NCBI GenBank assembly: GCA_051362555.1
Contig: CM120640.1
Coordinates: forward strand, 61,234,788 to 61,298,787
DNA length: 64,000 nucleotides
DNA from: Lingula anatina
Lineage: Eukaryota; Animalia; Brachiopoda
Direction: 5' to 3'
Position 1 is the first letter of the stretch; each line of letters opens with the position of its first letter. Made by a program: the position numbers and the translations under genes. This document shows, one piece after another, positions 47,376-62,300 of the stretch. The notes below the pieces were generated by a model. It saw nothing but the letters and a program-made list of their open reading frames with translations. It searched no databases and was not told where the DNA came from.

Positions 47376-50300
47376 TTAAAATATGCCATCAAATATGTTG
47401 TTGAACACATCCACTGCATCTTTCAGTTCTTTATTTGTACTGAAATGATTAAAAATTTTGCACTTAATAAAGATCATATGTGAGTTTACTGACTCTATAT
47501 TCTATAATTCTGGATAGTATCAAGAAAAATAAACATGCATTTGGATGATGGCAAATTTTGTCTGAAATAGCACTAATTGATATTTTAACAAATTGGAAAA
47601 AAATGAATGAAACTTATTTAATAATATATGTACCAGTACAGAAATATATTGAACTGAATTGTAATATATTGAACTAAAATGTAATGATTTGCCCAACAGT
47701 TATGACTCTATATTCTATAATTCTGGATAGTATCAAGAAAAATAAACATGCATTTGGATGATGGCAAATTTTGTCTGAAATAGCACTAATTGATATTTTA
47801 ACAAATTGGAAAAAAATGAATGAAACTTATTTAATAATATATGTACCAGTACAGAAATATATTGAACTGAATTGTAATATATTGAACTAAAATGTAATGA
47901 TTTGCCCAACAGTTATTTTTTATATCAGTATTATCACTGAGAATAATTATTATAGGAGAAAGTGCGTTCTTCAAATGTGTTTCTCCAGTCATTTAAATCC
48001 TAACAGACAAACCAAATTAGGCTTTATTCACATGGAAAGTCTATTTTCTAAAAATCTATTTTCTATTTGCGGTATCTTATGATCATGGTCTGTGCCCTGA
48101 ATATCCCGCGGCGTAATTACTGACAGCGCGAGCCAGTTACTTAAAGTAACTTATAGTAACTGGCTTGCGCTGCCAGTAATTACGTCGCGGGATATTCAGG
48201 GCACAGACCGTGATCATAAGACATACCGCGAATAGAAAATAGAATTTAGAAAATAGACATTGCATGTGAATGAAGCCTTAGTCTGGTGGGAAGGAGGGGT
48301 TCACGTGCAGTGATAATCATTCAAAAATATACCTCTCGCTATCTGCAGTAACAACCATTCCACAGCCCCTTTGTAAATTCTTAGCTGTTCTTTGTAATCC
48401 ACAGCTATCAAATGAATTAGCAGGTGGGACAGAAGAAGCACATTTGGGACTGTTGGGCAAAGGGGAGGGTCTCTGTGGTATTATCGGTATGACTGGTGAA
48501 ACTCCCTGCAATGAAAATGAAATGGAGAAAAAAAAAATGAAGTAAAATATGTACATTACCAAGAGCACAGGGTAGAAGGGGGTATTGATGAAACAGTGAC
48601 TTTATTTTATGCTGTTTATGGTACACTGTGTACCTTGAAGATGGAACAGATGAATGTCAAATATACTGGGGTACCTGCTTCATTGCAAACAGTTCATTTT
48701 CCTTCTGAGCAACAAAACTGGCAAGTAAATCATCATCATCAGAGCTCATAGCTGGAGAGACTGCATTTGATTTCAACCTTAATGAACGGAGAAAACTAAA
48801 CAATAAAAGAAAATTTTGACTGAAAAAGTGCATTCTACACATATTCTTGAATTGTTATTACGTTACTTTAACCATCTATCTCTGAATGTTAAATTCTCTT
48901 GCATAGTGGTATCCTCAAAATTTACCTTTTGTCAGTGGGAGAAAGAAATGCCTGGTGAGCTGATACGAAATCGTTTTTCCTTATTGGTGAAGACAATTTG
49001 TGCTTGATACGCATTGCACTGGAAATGTATAAATGCAAAAATAAATTAAATTATCAATATCCATATGTACAAGTGCATTTTTATTTTTGTTTGAAAAACC
49101 TTTTGCTGTTCATCAAAATTGTAAAGAAAATCAAAATTAATTTTTCTTCAAATTTTAGACAAAGTGTAATATATGCTTAAGATATAATGCTGGTTAATTT
49201 TACCTACCCACTAGTATCTCCTTTGTCTGTTGTTAAGAGGTTTCCTCTTTCACAGTTGTGAGACCCTAACTTTTCATGTTTGGGATAGTGGAACCTCTTG
49301 ATAGGGTTGTTTGACTTGTTCTGAGCAGATGCATTACTTCTCCATGCAAAGACCCTGCCCTGTTTTCTTGTTATTTGCTTGTACTGGATAGCATTTTCTC
49401 CAGCAGTCACTTCAGGTACTTTATCCTCTTCAAAATCATCCCCTAACTGGAGGTCAAAATTTGGGCTTTCATCTTGAGGAGCAACTGGATCAAATGAATT
49501 TGTAGCAAAAGACAAAGCAGTAGACCTTTTTGGTATGTCAATTTTTGGCCATTGGGAATTAAGTTTGTTTCTTGGTTTGGGACATCCGACTAGATCTGGC
49601 AGCTCATCATTTTCATTGTGCTCAAGATTGAAATCGTGTGATTCATCATAAACCACAGCTTTTGTAGGATCAATATCTTCATCACTTTCAGGTAGTGGAC
49701 TGAAATCAATCCATAACAGAAAAATTTTTTTTCATTTTTCATAATCGTATTTTAAACATTAGACTCTAAGTGTTATTGTTTGAGGCTTATAAATGTACAG
49801 AAAAAGTGCAATTTTATAAACTTTCAATAAAAAAAATTAGCTCAATTATTTTTATATATGAAGCTTCCAAATACTAATACAAAACCCCTTTACCCAAACA
49901 TGTGATTTGTATAAGATCTGTTCCCAAAGGTAGTGGATGTTGGAGTGATATAACTCTGTTGGGGTTCACCTGCTTTCTTGAAGGCACTGGATGTTGAAGA
50001 GATAGAACTTTGAGGGGGATCATCTGCAAGTTTGAAGCTAGCATTAATAATATGAAGATTGAAGAGCACATTCAATTAAGTCCTGCAAATACTATTACTG
50101 TTATGTTCTAATATATAACACAGTTAATTACCATTATCTGTCTCAACACAATAATCCAAGTTTGTCCGTTGCTGTTGGTAAAAGTCCAGCTCATCCCAAC
50201 CATGAGGTGTAGTTGCAGTTGGCAGATGAGTAAACTGATTTGGTGTCTGTGCAAAGGGGATCTTTCTAACTCCACGTGGTGTGTAGGCAAATTTCCCAAT

Positions 50301-53300
50301 GCCTGGTCTAACATCACTTGACATCTGTATGCAACAAAAATGAGTTTTTCAAGTGTGACTGAAAATGCAGGCATGATTACGTGTGAAAACGCTTTAAAAT
50401 TAGACAATGCCACAAAGAATGTTATCTTAATTTATTGAAAAATTAAGCTTAAAGGGATAGCAACGTTCTTCATATGAGATTCATATTTCACAATAAATGC
50501 ATTGTAAACATCTAATAGAAATATAATTTATTCTCTTTTACCACCAAAATAGTGGTTATCACAATTATTCTGAAATCTGTTCTTGCCATCAGACCACGTG
50601 ATCTCCACACCAGTAGATGGCTACCCTCTGTAATAATCTCTTAAGAGAGAAAAAAAAAAACTTTTTAGAAAAACAAAACAGGACTAACTTTGAGTGTCAG
50701 AATGGACTCATTATACCATTGGTAAGTTTGGGAAAATTGTTGCTTACCCCAGGAAAACTCATTTTTTGGCCAAAACGAACAGTTGTTGTGCAAGTGTAAA
50801 TGAAATACCTTTAGCCTTTTTATGTTTGGAGTTTCTGGAATGTGTTGTGCTTTTTGCTTCAAACTCTGGACATAGGTGTCCATTTTGTCAACCTTTGTGG
50901 CACTTCTTGGAGCTGACTTTGGCTTATCAAAACTTGACCCTTGCTGCTGCTTTTGAGGTCTCTTTAAGGCAATTCCAAATTTGCAACATTCATGGCCGCA
51001 TGCAGATTTGTTGTTGCAACGATGTCCACATGGCATTCTGTTGTGCAGATGATGATTATTGGGGCTTCCATCTAAAATATCAATGTGATTGATATGTGCC
51101 AGCCTACTTTACTAATACAAACAATGGGGCACTAACAAAACCAACTTTACTCAAATATGACAGAGTCAAAAAGGTGACACTTGGAGAATCATTGTAGAAA
51201 GCTGCAAGACAAAACAATGACAATTTATTAACAAATTCTTTAGTACCTCCTGCAGAGTTTGGAGAAACATCATATTCACTACTTGTGCTGCATGGTGTGT
51301 CATTCTTGCAGGTTTTCAATACCTAAAATATGCGTATATCAACCATTTCAGTCAATACTAAAGAGGCTTTTTAATTAATTTTTTTGTAAAGTTTGAATTT
51401 GTTTTTGCTTTCAATCATTTCCCACTTAGTAGCTTCAGTCAACTAAAAATTAAAGTTATTGTTCTCCAATACTTTCTTGTTTGATATATTAATTATGGCT
51501 AACTGCAGTTATGTGGTCAGTGTTTTTTCTAGCTGATAACTGAAGAATCTAAGTGAAATAACAGAGTGGATAAACATCTGACGAACTATTTCACCAAGTC
51601 CACAGTAACTGTGAAGAATTATAATATTCATACTTATTTGCACATAGCCAAAACAAAACTGAATAAACCTTTGTTTTTTGGACTTCTTCATTTCTTGCAA
51701 GTTTCTTAGCACCAGTGTAGAATGGCGTATATGTGCTTTGCACATCCAGTCCAACTAGAATGATGCATAAATAAGCTATAAAATCTAAACAGCAATTTAT
51801 TAGAATTCTGTATTACTGAAATAAATTTAAATTTTCAATAAACATTACTGAAAGGTGAAGTAAAACTTCACATGAGATTAACTTTACCCCATTCTTGGCT
51901 CACAAAGTTGATACTAAGCTCTTCTCCCCTGCTTGCCCTTTTCACCTCTATCTTCTTGGACCAAGTTCCAGTTTTGATCAAAATCGCATCTCTATAATTA
52001 GTTAGAAATATATCTGCTACACTCTACATATGCAAGTTCCCATTTTTATTTTCAATCTAATATTAAAGATGATGTATCTTTAAATATTCACAGCAACTCT
52101 GTTAAAAATCTTTACTTAATAAATAAAACAAGGCAGCAAAGCTGTCAAATGTACCTGAAACATCAAAAAGACAAAAAGCAGGAAATAACAAAATAGGCTA
52201 CTGTCAATTCTGATGCAAAAGTACATTAAGTATCATGGATACATTATGTTAAACTGCAAATTCAACATCAAATTTTAATCATGCTCAACAGATTTACCAA
52301 TGTAAGTAAAATGTGTAACAAACATAAGGCTTCAGGCCCATGGGAGTTCAAGTTCACACTTTGAAAATGGAAAACTTCCAGAAAAAGAAGTCAATTAGAC
52401 TGCTTTTCCAACTCAGGCTGCATTTTAGTCCTGTATTTCTTTTTTGAAAGTTTGGCAATCATAAGTAACATGGTTTTCCCATAATGGTCATCATGGCAGC
52501 AGCACCCAAAATTGTGTATTCTTCTATTCTGATGCAATATTACATAATGGTTACCAGCATAATGACAATCAATTTTTAATAATAAAATATACGTATCATG
52601 GATTTTCAGAAAATGTGACAAGCATGGGTCTTCAAGCCTGTGGAACTTCAAAGTCACACCTTGAAAATGCCAATATGTGAAAAATTAAATTTTCACAAAA
52701 AAACTGTTTAACTGGCAGATTGCATTGCCTACTGAAGCTATATTTTAGTCCCATGTTTCTTTCCTGTAAGTTTGAGAACAGTAAGTGACATGGTTTTTCT
52801 TAAAAGGATTGACCACTCCTGTGAGTTTAATGACAATTTTAGTCCCATGTTTCTTTCCTGTAAGTTTGAGAACAGTAAGTGACATGGTTTTTCTTAAATG
52901 GTCATCATGGGAGCAGTGCCCAAAATAGTTTTTTTTTTCAAATTTTGATGCAATATTACATTATGTTTAACAGCATAATGACCATCAATTTTTAATAATA
53001 AAATATAAGTATCATGGATATTCAGAAAATGTGACTAGCAAAGGTCTTCAGGCCCATGGAACTTCAAAGTCACAACTTGAAAATGTCAAAATGTAAACAA
53101 GACAGCACTGTTCTGAAATGTTTTTTTTTTTCCATTTTTAACATTTTTTAACATAAAACAAAATTAACAATTTACTGCCATTTTTATATGACCACTCCTG
53201 TGAGTTTAATGACAATTTTAGTCCCATGTTTCTTTCCTGTAAGTTTGAGAACAGTAAGTGACATGGTTTTTCTTAAATGGTCATCATGGGAGCAGTGCCC

Positions 53301-56300
53301 AAAATAGTTTTTTTTTTTTCAAATTTTGATGCAATATTACATTATGTTTAACAGCATAATGACCATCAATTTTTAATAATAAAATATAAGTATCATGGAT
53401 ATTCAGAAAATGTGACTAGCAAAGGTCTTCAGGCCCATGGAACTTCAAAGTCACAACTTGAAAATGTCAAAATGTAAACAAGACAGCACTGTTCTGAAAT
53501 GTTTTTTTTTCCATTTTTAACATTTTTTAACATAAAACAAAATTAACAATTTACTGCCATTTTTATATGATCAACTAAAAAAATTGATGAGATGGGAAAA
53601 ATATTAATAGAGCAGTGTTAAATGTCCAATTTTTTTCCATTCTGAGATTCTGAACATAGTGAATGATTGAATCTGACAAACTGCAATGATATGAGTTTAT
53701 TTCCATTTTTGAAACTTTATTACACAATACACGATAACAAGTTTACCATCATTTTTACAAAATCAACTAACAATGTTGTAAAGATGCAGGAAATGTCAAA
53801 CAAACACTTTTAATGTCTTATTAATTAAATAATGAAACTGTTAACATACCTAAGAATTGAATCTGAGGAAATGTGAAAAAACAACATAACTTCTAAAATA
53901 ATGGCCCGATTATGCTGATCTTTTAACTCAACCTGCGTTTTAGCAGGATTGACCACTCCTGTGAGTTTAATGACAATTGGCCTATCTGTTTTTCTTATAT
54001 TGTGTTTACAGTGTTGCATATATGCTGAAAAGTGAAAAAAAAAAGCATAACTACTAAAATAGTGGCCTGATCATGCCGATTTTCTAACTTGACCTGCGTT
54101 TTAGTAAGATAGATTACTCCTGTGAGTTTCATGACAACAGGCCTATCAGTTTTCCTTGGAATGTGTTTACAGTGTTGCATATATGCTGAAAAGTGAAAAA
54201 AAAAGCATAACATCTACAATAATGGCCCGATCATGCTGATTTTCGAACTTGACCTGTGTTTTATGAATATTCATCAGCTCTGTAAATATAAAGCCAAAAA
54301 GTAAAACTGCCTTCCACTTATCGTGTTTACAATGAAAGTGCACGGCGACGGTGATGACGGGGACGACAGACGAAGGTGATGGCAATATTTCCAGACACAT
54401 CTATATATATTTATTTTACTGTTTGAGAACAGTAAGTGACATGGTTTTTCTTAAATGGTCATCATGGGAGCAGTGCCCAAAATAGGTTTTTTTCAAATTT
54501 TGATGCAATATTATATAATGTTTAACAGCATAATGACCATCAATTTTTAATAATAAAATATTAGTATCATGGATATTCAGAAAATGTGACTAGGAAAGGT
54601 CTTCAGGCCCATGGAACTTCAAAGTCACAACTTGAAAATGCCAAAATGTAAACAAGACAGCACTGTTCTGAAATGTTTTTTTTTCCATTTTTAACATTTT
54701 TTAACATAAAACAAAATTAACAGTTTACTGCCATTTTTATATGATCAACTAAAAAAATTGATGAGATGGGAAAAATATCAATAGAGCAGTGTTAAATGTC
54801 CAATTTCTTCCATTCTGAGATTCTGAACATAGTGAATGATTGAATCTGACAAACTGCAATGATATGAGTTTATTTCCATTTTTGAAACTTTATTACACAA
54901 TACACGATAACAAGTTTACCATCATTTTTACAAAATCAACTAACAATGTTGTAAAGATGCAGGAAATGTCAAACAAAAACTTTTACGTATCTTATTAGTT
55001 TAATAATGAGACTGTTAACATGCCTAAGAATTGAATCTGAGGAAATGTGAATAATATGCTGAAAAGTGAAAAAACAGCATAACTTCTACAATAATGGCCC
55101 GATCATGCTGATTTTCGAACTTGACCTGCGTTTTATGAATATTCATCAGCTCTGTAAATATAAAGCCAAAAAGTAAATCATCTGTTCTCCACTTATCGTG
55201 TTTACAAGGAAAGTGCACGGCGCCGGCATCGGCACCGGCATCGGCATCGCCATCGGCGACGACAGACGCAGGTGATGGCAATATGTACAGACACATCTGT
55301 GTCTGTACATAAAAAGAGATTTGTGGGAATCAGTTTATTTACGTTATTCTCATCTTGTACACAATCCTGTTGTCAGCATCTCCAATCAGCAAGGCGCAAG
55401 TATGGCTTAATCCTGCAGTGCTCTTCATTGTCACGTCAGCATGGTTGGTTAGTTGCACAGTCACAGAGATCTCTGCATGCTCACTGTTGTACTTGCTAGT
55501 CTGCACATTATTTAAAAGTAACACACATTCCTTTATTATATTTTCAATGCATGGTTTTAACATTTCCAGAAACTCTTAGGGGAGCCATCTGCAGTGACTG
55601 ATGAAGAATTTCAAAAGGTAGCAGTAGTAGAAAGAGATTTACCAATCAGTGTTACTGTTTTTGATACAGGAAGTGGGGGAAGCCCTTAGGCACACAAGAT
55701 CAGGCAGTGCAGTGGATCTAGACAACATTCCTGCTTACATATGGAAATGCCAACTTTTCAAATCATACCTCCCAGATGTCTGTAACAGAGCATTGATAGA
55801 CCTTGAAGTCCCCCAAAAAATGGACAACTAGTGCAATAATTTCCATACCAAAATCGGGAAAACTGTCAGCCCAACAAACTACAGAGGGATAAGTTTATCC
55901 TGCATAGGAACAAAAATGTATAACAGGATATTGTTGAACAGAATAAGATCTCACATTGAACCCCTCCTCTGCTCGAATCAGAATGGGTTTAGAAAACAGC
56001 TGTCAACAATAGCTCAAATACTAGCTTTGAGAAGAATAGTGGAAGGGGAAGGAAAGAACACTCCCCTTAGCCACAGTTTTCATTGACTATCCAAAAGCTT
56101 TTGACTCAATACATGGTGACTGCATGCATGCTGAGAGCAACTGGAATCCCATCTTCCATTGTTAATCCCATGAAGGTGCTGTACTGTGGGTCAAAGGCAA
56201 TTGTAATATCACCAACCAGTCACTAAATTCATATTTTGGACAACACCTGGGGGAAAAGCTAATAGAGGAAGACCAAATGTGACATACTATGGTACCATCA

Positions 56301-59300
56301 TGAATGAAACTGGTTTGCAAACACATGAGATCTTTTCGCTAGTGAGAGAGAAACAACTCTGGTCTAAACATGTTACTGCTGCTGCTCCCATTCAGCCCAA
56401 GGCCTAAGGATGATGATAATGATGTCACACTCACTGTAAAATATTCAGGCCTACCCAACTACCAGACTTGGCACCGAATGATCCAGAATTCACCGGTAGA
56501 TCAGACCACACTACCCGTTTTCAAGGTGTGCTTCTGTACGCATTTCACAGTATCATACCCAGAACAAATTTTGAGTGGTGATGCAATACTTTCCAACCTC
56601 GCTGAAAATCATCATTATCACATAGCGTAGTAGGCAAGAGCAGTGTCGTGTCTGATACTTTGAAGCGCGTACTGATACCCACCTTGAAAACAGGTAGTGT
56701 GGTCCAATCTACCGGTGAATACAGGATCATATGGTGCCGAGTCTGGTAGTTGGGTAGCCCTGATATTGGAGAGTGTTTTTTCAACTCTTACAGAAACCTA
56801 TTATTGATATAATGGTACTAGACTGAAACAATTTTACAAATCACTTTAAAACTGACACTCCTACCTGCTCTATAGATATTTCATACTTTGGCAGGCCAGC
56901 AGCTGCATCCCTTAGATTATTTCCAAAGGGAGGGTGACGGTTTACAATCTAAAGGAAATAAACATTAACATACACAACTTTTATTGTATCACACATCAAT
57001 TTTGTTTTGAGATTTTGACAAGTTATTTTGTATGACAGGGCCAAGTCATGTGTAAATATTTGCAAAAGAAACAAAAATACTTTAATCTGATATTCTACCA
57101 ATTCAAGTTCCCTTGGGTTTGTCTCTTCTACTTTCTGGAAACTCACTACTCCAGAATTCACCAGCGCATTGGAGAGTGCAGGACCTGTATATTTACGGAA
57201 AACAAATTTTCATTGATTGTGAATTATTTGTAATTACTGTGCTTTGTTTTATCCAATGGCAGGAGGTAGAAACTGACTAAAGATGAGCTAAAAAGATAAA
57301 ACTTTGCCTTTATACAGTATCCACTTCTCATGTAACAAATTAAAATTTTTGTGAATGTCCCTAAAAACATTGACCCCACAGAAATTAAAGCATCTTACCT
57401 ATTCCATCCAGCTGCCTGCAGACATATTTAGAATTTTCCCAAAGTCTAGCCTTGAAGCACTTCGAAAGAATAACAGCAGACAACAAGGCTTTGAAACTAC
57501 ACCTCTGCCACAAGAATTCAACCAGACCTATATTAAGAAAAGTAAACTAAACTGGACCCTATCTGAGCAAGCCATTTTATCCTGGCAAATTATACATGAT
57601 GTTAACTGAACACAAAACTCCTATATTTCACACTAATTTGACCTACTGTATGCATTATTTTGTATGTCATAAAATAATAATACAATGGGTAATTTTAGTG
57701 TTTTAACAATATATTTAAAAATATAGTTGTTTTGTGTTCAATTAACAGCATATTGTAATTATACATTATACATTTATTGATAAAAGCTAGTTTCAAATAT
57801 AAATATTTTATATCACACATGAATGCTTTTAATGGTGACAAGGAGAGACAGCAAAAATTACCCATACAGGGTAACAGTTCTTTAAGCATCCTTTACATAT
57901 CATTATCCAATTATACCAAGAAACCATGTTCTATAAACTATCAAAAAGTTTAATATTTCTATGGTTCTTTTCATCCAGGCACTTCCTACATCTTGCAACT
58001 CTTGTCCCAGCCCTGAAGATTTTGGCCATATCTTGTGAAAGTCCAAAATCCTGAACAGGTAAGCTGCCCAGCTGAGCCTGAATCAGACTGCAACAGAAAT
58101 AATAAAAGTATAAAAAAGTATTTAGTTTTGATTAAAAAAAGTGAAGAAAGTACTGTTAAAACTTACCCTGCAAGTAATGGTATTAAAATACAATATCATG
58201 GTTTCCAATACATCTTTATTCATATAAGTATTAAACCATCAATCTCACAACTACCTACCAATTCACTTTCATTTCCTTTGTCTTGATTTTTCCCTCCATT
58301 GAATATCTGTAGATTAAGTATGTTCAAAATGTTATCTGCTATTTGTCAAGAATAAAGCCAATGGAATGAATGGGGTATCTAGAATATGCACACTTTAGGG
58401 TGGGTTTTCCAGATACCCTACTCATTCCATTGACTAGAATTCCTGATATTGCAAGACACTCGTTCCACGACCCTTCCTATTTTCAAACTGTGTCTAGATG
58501 GCAAACTACCCAGGTTGTACAGGGGATGGTGAATATGATAATATTATGTGTTATATTGAAGAAGGCTATTCATCTATCAGGATGTCGTTTTAAGTTTTAA
58601 TTGTCGTCAGATAAGTTCAAGAGGAAGTAATTCAGACACTTAGAATGTGTTCAAAATACTGGTTTAGAACGTGTTAATACTTACTGTTGCTGTTGTTGCT
58701 GCTGTTAGGCTTTATAATCTGTTGCATTGTATAATGCACTTCACTTGCAAAAAGAATACATTTTTGCTTGTGATCATACCTTATTGTGACTCTGTTTTTA
58801 TCTATGTTCAGGGTGTTCAGTGTTTTTTTCTCACTGGTTCTCAACTGAATGTCATGAAATTCTTGACAGTTGGCCACCACAATCAGCTGAAAAATACAGA
58901 TTTCATATAAAAAGGGATGTTAACTACTGTAGGTTTTCTGAAAAACAAATTCAAGAAAATATTGGCTTATTTTATCAAATTGTCACATTTACATATATCC
59001 TGTTGTGACAGAAACATTTACATAGTGATAGCATAATTATGAAATGGTACAGGCCTTATAAATTAATTGGGCATTTACTAACACTATCTGCAGATCTTTT
59101 AACACTAACACCCATATTAACCACATAACCCACAAATTAACCAGCACTACCAGAGCAGATGAATGTTAGTGCTAGGTATCCATTTGTTGGTGCTAAATAA
59201 TTGTATGGTGTGTTGGTTTATTCGTGGGTTTTGTGGTTAATATGGGCATTAGTGCTAAAAGATCTGCAGGTAGTGTTAGTAAACGCCTAATCTGTTTATA

Positions 59301-62300
59301 AGGTTTGTGGTGGAAATGTTGCAGAATCCATCCAAGCTTACCAATTCATTTAAGTTTTCAGACCCTAGAACTCCAGTGAACCTTTTCATGGTTTCATAGC
59401 CTATACAATACCTTGCCATTAGTCTGCCAGATTCTGAAAAATATGTTAGTTCACATAATCAAACAATTTCTATCTAAATATTCCCAAAAGGTATTACTAT
59501 TATATACTCATGTGTTTGAATTCCTCCCTGGCCTCACTTTTTTTCTAAAAAAAAAAGTAGAGCTCTTCTTTAAAATAAATCTCCATCAGTTCATGAAGAA
59601 GCAACAAACTTAATGAAGGAATTCAGGAATAACACAGATATTACCTGTTGGTTTCATATCAAAATGGTCTTCATCCATCCATATCAGGTCAATATGGGAT
59701 AGCTGATTCAGGTTCTTTAAGCATAAGTCTAAGAATAGAAAATAAGACAAGATAAATTATCTTACCCACAATGTAAAATATGTAGATGATATATGTTCAA
59801 TTTCATATTTTGCACTCAACAAGCTGCAAAAGAACTATGAAGAGATAATGAGAAAACACAGCAACACTGTTCAAAGCAAGGACTTAATTATCAGTATAAT
59901 CCCAAACCTGCCTTGGAGATGCTTTTCTATTCCCTCTTTGTTCAAACCTGTTGGTATTCCTGCAAATAAATAAATAAATAAATAGACATGATTTACTGAA
60001 GGAGCATAATGTTTACCACATTCTATCTGCATTTTGTGTTATTGAATATATCTTACCATAATGCTTTGGATTCTTTATCAGCCTTATGTACAGAAAAGTG
60101 GACTTAATCCATTCTAAGGCAACTGAGACATCTGTAATTGTGTTTAAAACCACTTCTGCATTCAGATGTTCTATCAAATGCTTGTGTAAACTGAAACAAT
60201 AAAATACATTCACATGAATCACCATAATTTTTATAAGGTTAATCCTCAACACATAAATCAACTCCAATGTCCGTAAAGCAGCATTTGATGAAGGTATATA
60301 TTATCATTATTCATTATCATCATCATTCTAATTTTCAAAAGCCAGAGACAAAAATTGATGACACAACTTGGGACATGAGGAAACTGCTGAAACATCTGCA
60401 TGACATAAAAATGATACAATTCTAACTTATGCATTGTTTACCTGCTTTCTATCATCTGTTTTCCCCCTAGTAATGCATCATACTTGGCCTAGAAATTGAA
60501 ATAGTGAACCTGTATTAAATTTCAAAATTGTAAAGAAACTTGCAATTGTTATAAGCATAAATGACACAATGAAAATTAAGCTGCAAGGTTGACTTTTTAG
60601 AAAAAAGATAGGTTTCTAAACTTATCTCCAAAATTTATCAAAATGATCATGATCTTTTGAGACAATAACCTGACACCAATCCATTAAATATTGGCATATC
60701 AATCAATAATTAAAAAATTTAAACTATGTTGACGTCAACATGGTATTACCTTAGTACTTGCTCTGGTCATTATCACTGCTGTAGCTGACACATCAAACTG
60801 TAATACAAACAAATTTGTTCAAAATAGCAAAGGGTACATTTTATACGTTTTTTCCTTTCATTTCCTAAATTTTTTAATTGTTCAATTCTTTCTTGTTTTG
60901 CAGTTCTGAAGAAAATATGAAATTTATAATAATATACCTGTGGTCGGCCAGCCCTGCCAATCATTTGTAAAATCTGGGTCTCACTATACTCTTCATACAT
61001 TCCCATCACATAGTGTTGAGTAGACTTAATTATCACTAAGTGTGCAGGTAAATTGACACCCATTGCAAGAGTGCTGGTTGCCACTAAAAGCAATTCACAT
61101 TTTTGGGGCATGAAATCGATAAAATGCACTGCTTTTAAACAAAAGGTAAATATACTACTAAATTTAATAATTCATTTAAAATCTGGTACATGATATTCAA
61201 TACATATTTCTACATACATTTATATTACATAGTTCTTAAAAATATTCTTATCATGAAAAATTGGTGAAAAATAAGTACCTGTATCAATATACAGAATAAA
61301 CTGCTAGGTAGTACATGTAATTATCACTCACTTAAAACTGGCAACTCTCCTCTAAGGAAAAGACTCTCCAGATTCTTCCTGTCTTGCATATCAAGGCCTG
61401 CATGATGATATCCAACACCACACATCACTAGGTCTGAAAAATTGTTTACAAAGAAGAAAAATTTTTGTTCATCAATGACAATTCAATTGTTGTCAGTGTT
61501 TATTTATTTCATTATAAAATTTCTCAAAGCACAATTCAAAACCTCAGCAGTATTATAAGGTATAATAAAAAAGTTCTAACAAAATTCTATCAATACACAC
61601 CCCTCAATTTGGAGTCCCTCATCACATTTGCTTCTTTTTGAAGTACTTGCTTGTGTTGGGAATTCATTATAAACCTGGCCTCTTTTACAAGCATACTGGC
61701 TGCTTGCTGGGCACTTTTTCTGGTGGCACAAAACTGAAATGTAAGATGAATCTCCATTTTTGCGCCAATATTTTAATTTATCTTTTAATTTTTTGTAATA
61801 TTCCTATTCCCTAAAGTGTCAAATGCTCTTGCAAATTAATAAAGTTTTTACTAAGTTTTTCTGTTACTATTCCAGCAATATTGATCACTTTTCACCATAA
61901 AGGGCAACTAAACACTGAATGAATAAGGCTTCATTCACATGCAATGTCTATTTTCTAAATTCTATTTTCTATTCGCGGTATGTCTTATTATCACGGTCTG
62001 TGCCCTGAATATCCCGCGGCGTAATTACTGGCAGCGCGAGCCAGTTACTATAAGTTATTATAAGTAACTGGCTCGCACTGCCAGTAATTATACGGCGGGA
62101 TATTCAGGGCACAGACCGTGATCATAAGATAGCATGAATAGAAAATAGAATTTAGAAAATAGACATTCCATGTGAACGAAGCCTAAAATGCCATGTGCTT
62201 TTAAAAAAAATTAATTTGAATAATCCTTGTCATTTGACATTACACATGTATAGACACTCTTGAAAACATTATATACATATACCCTACTGCACACACAGCT

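Noticed and set aside
49204-51319. Several minus-strand ORFs as separate genes
   Set aside because: They are the low-complexity C-terminal exons of HFM1, bounded by splice sites.
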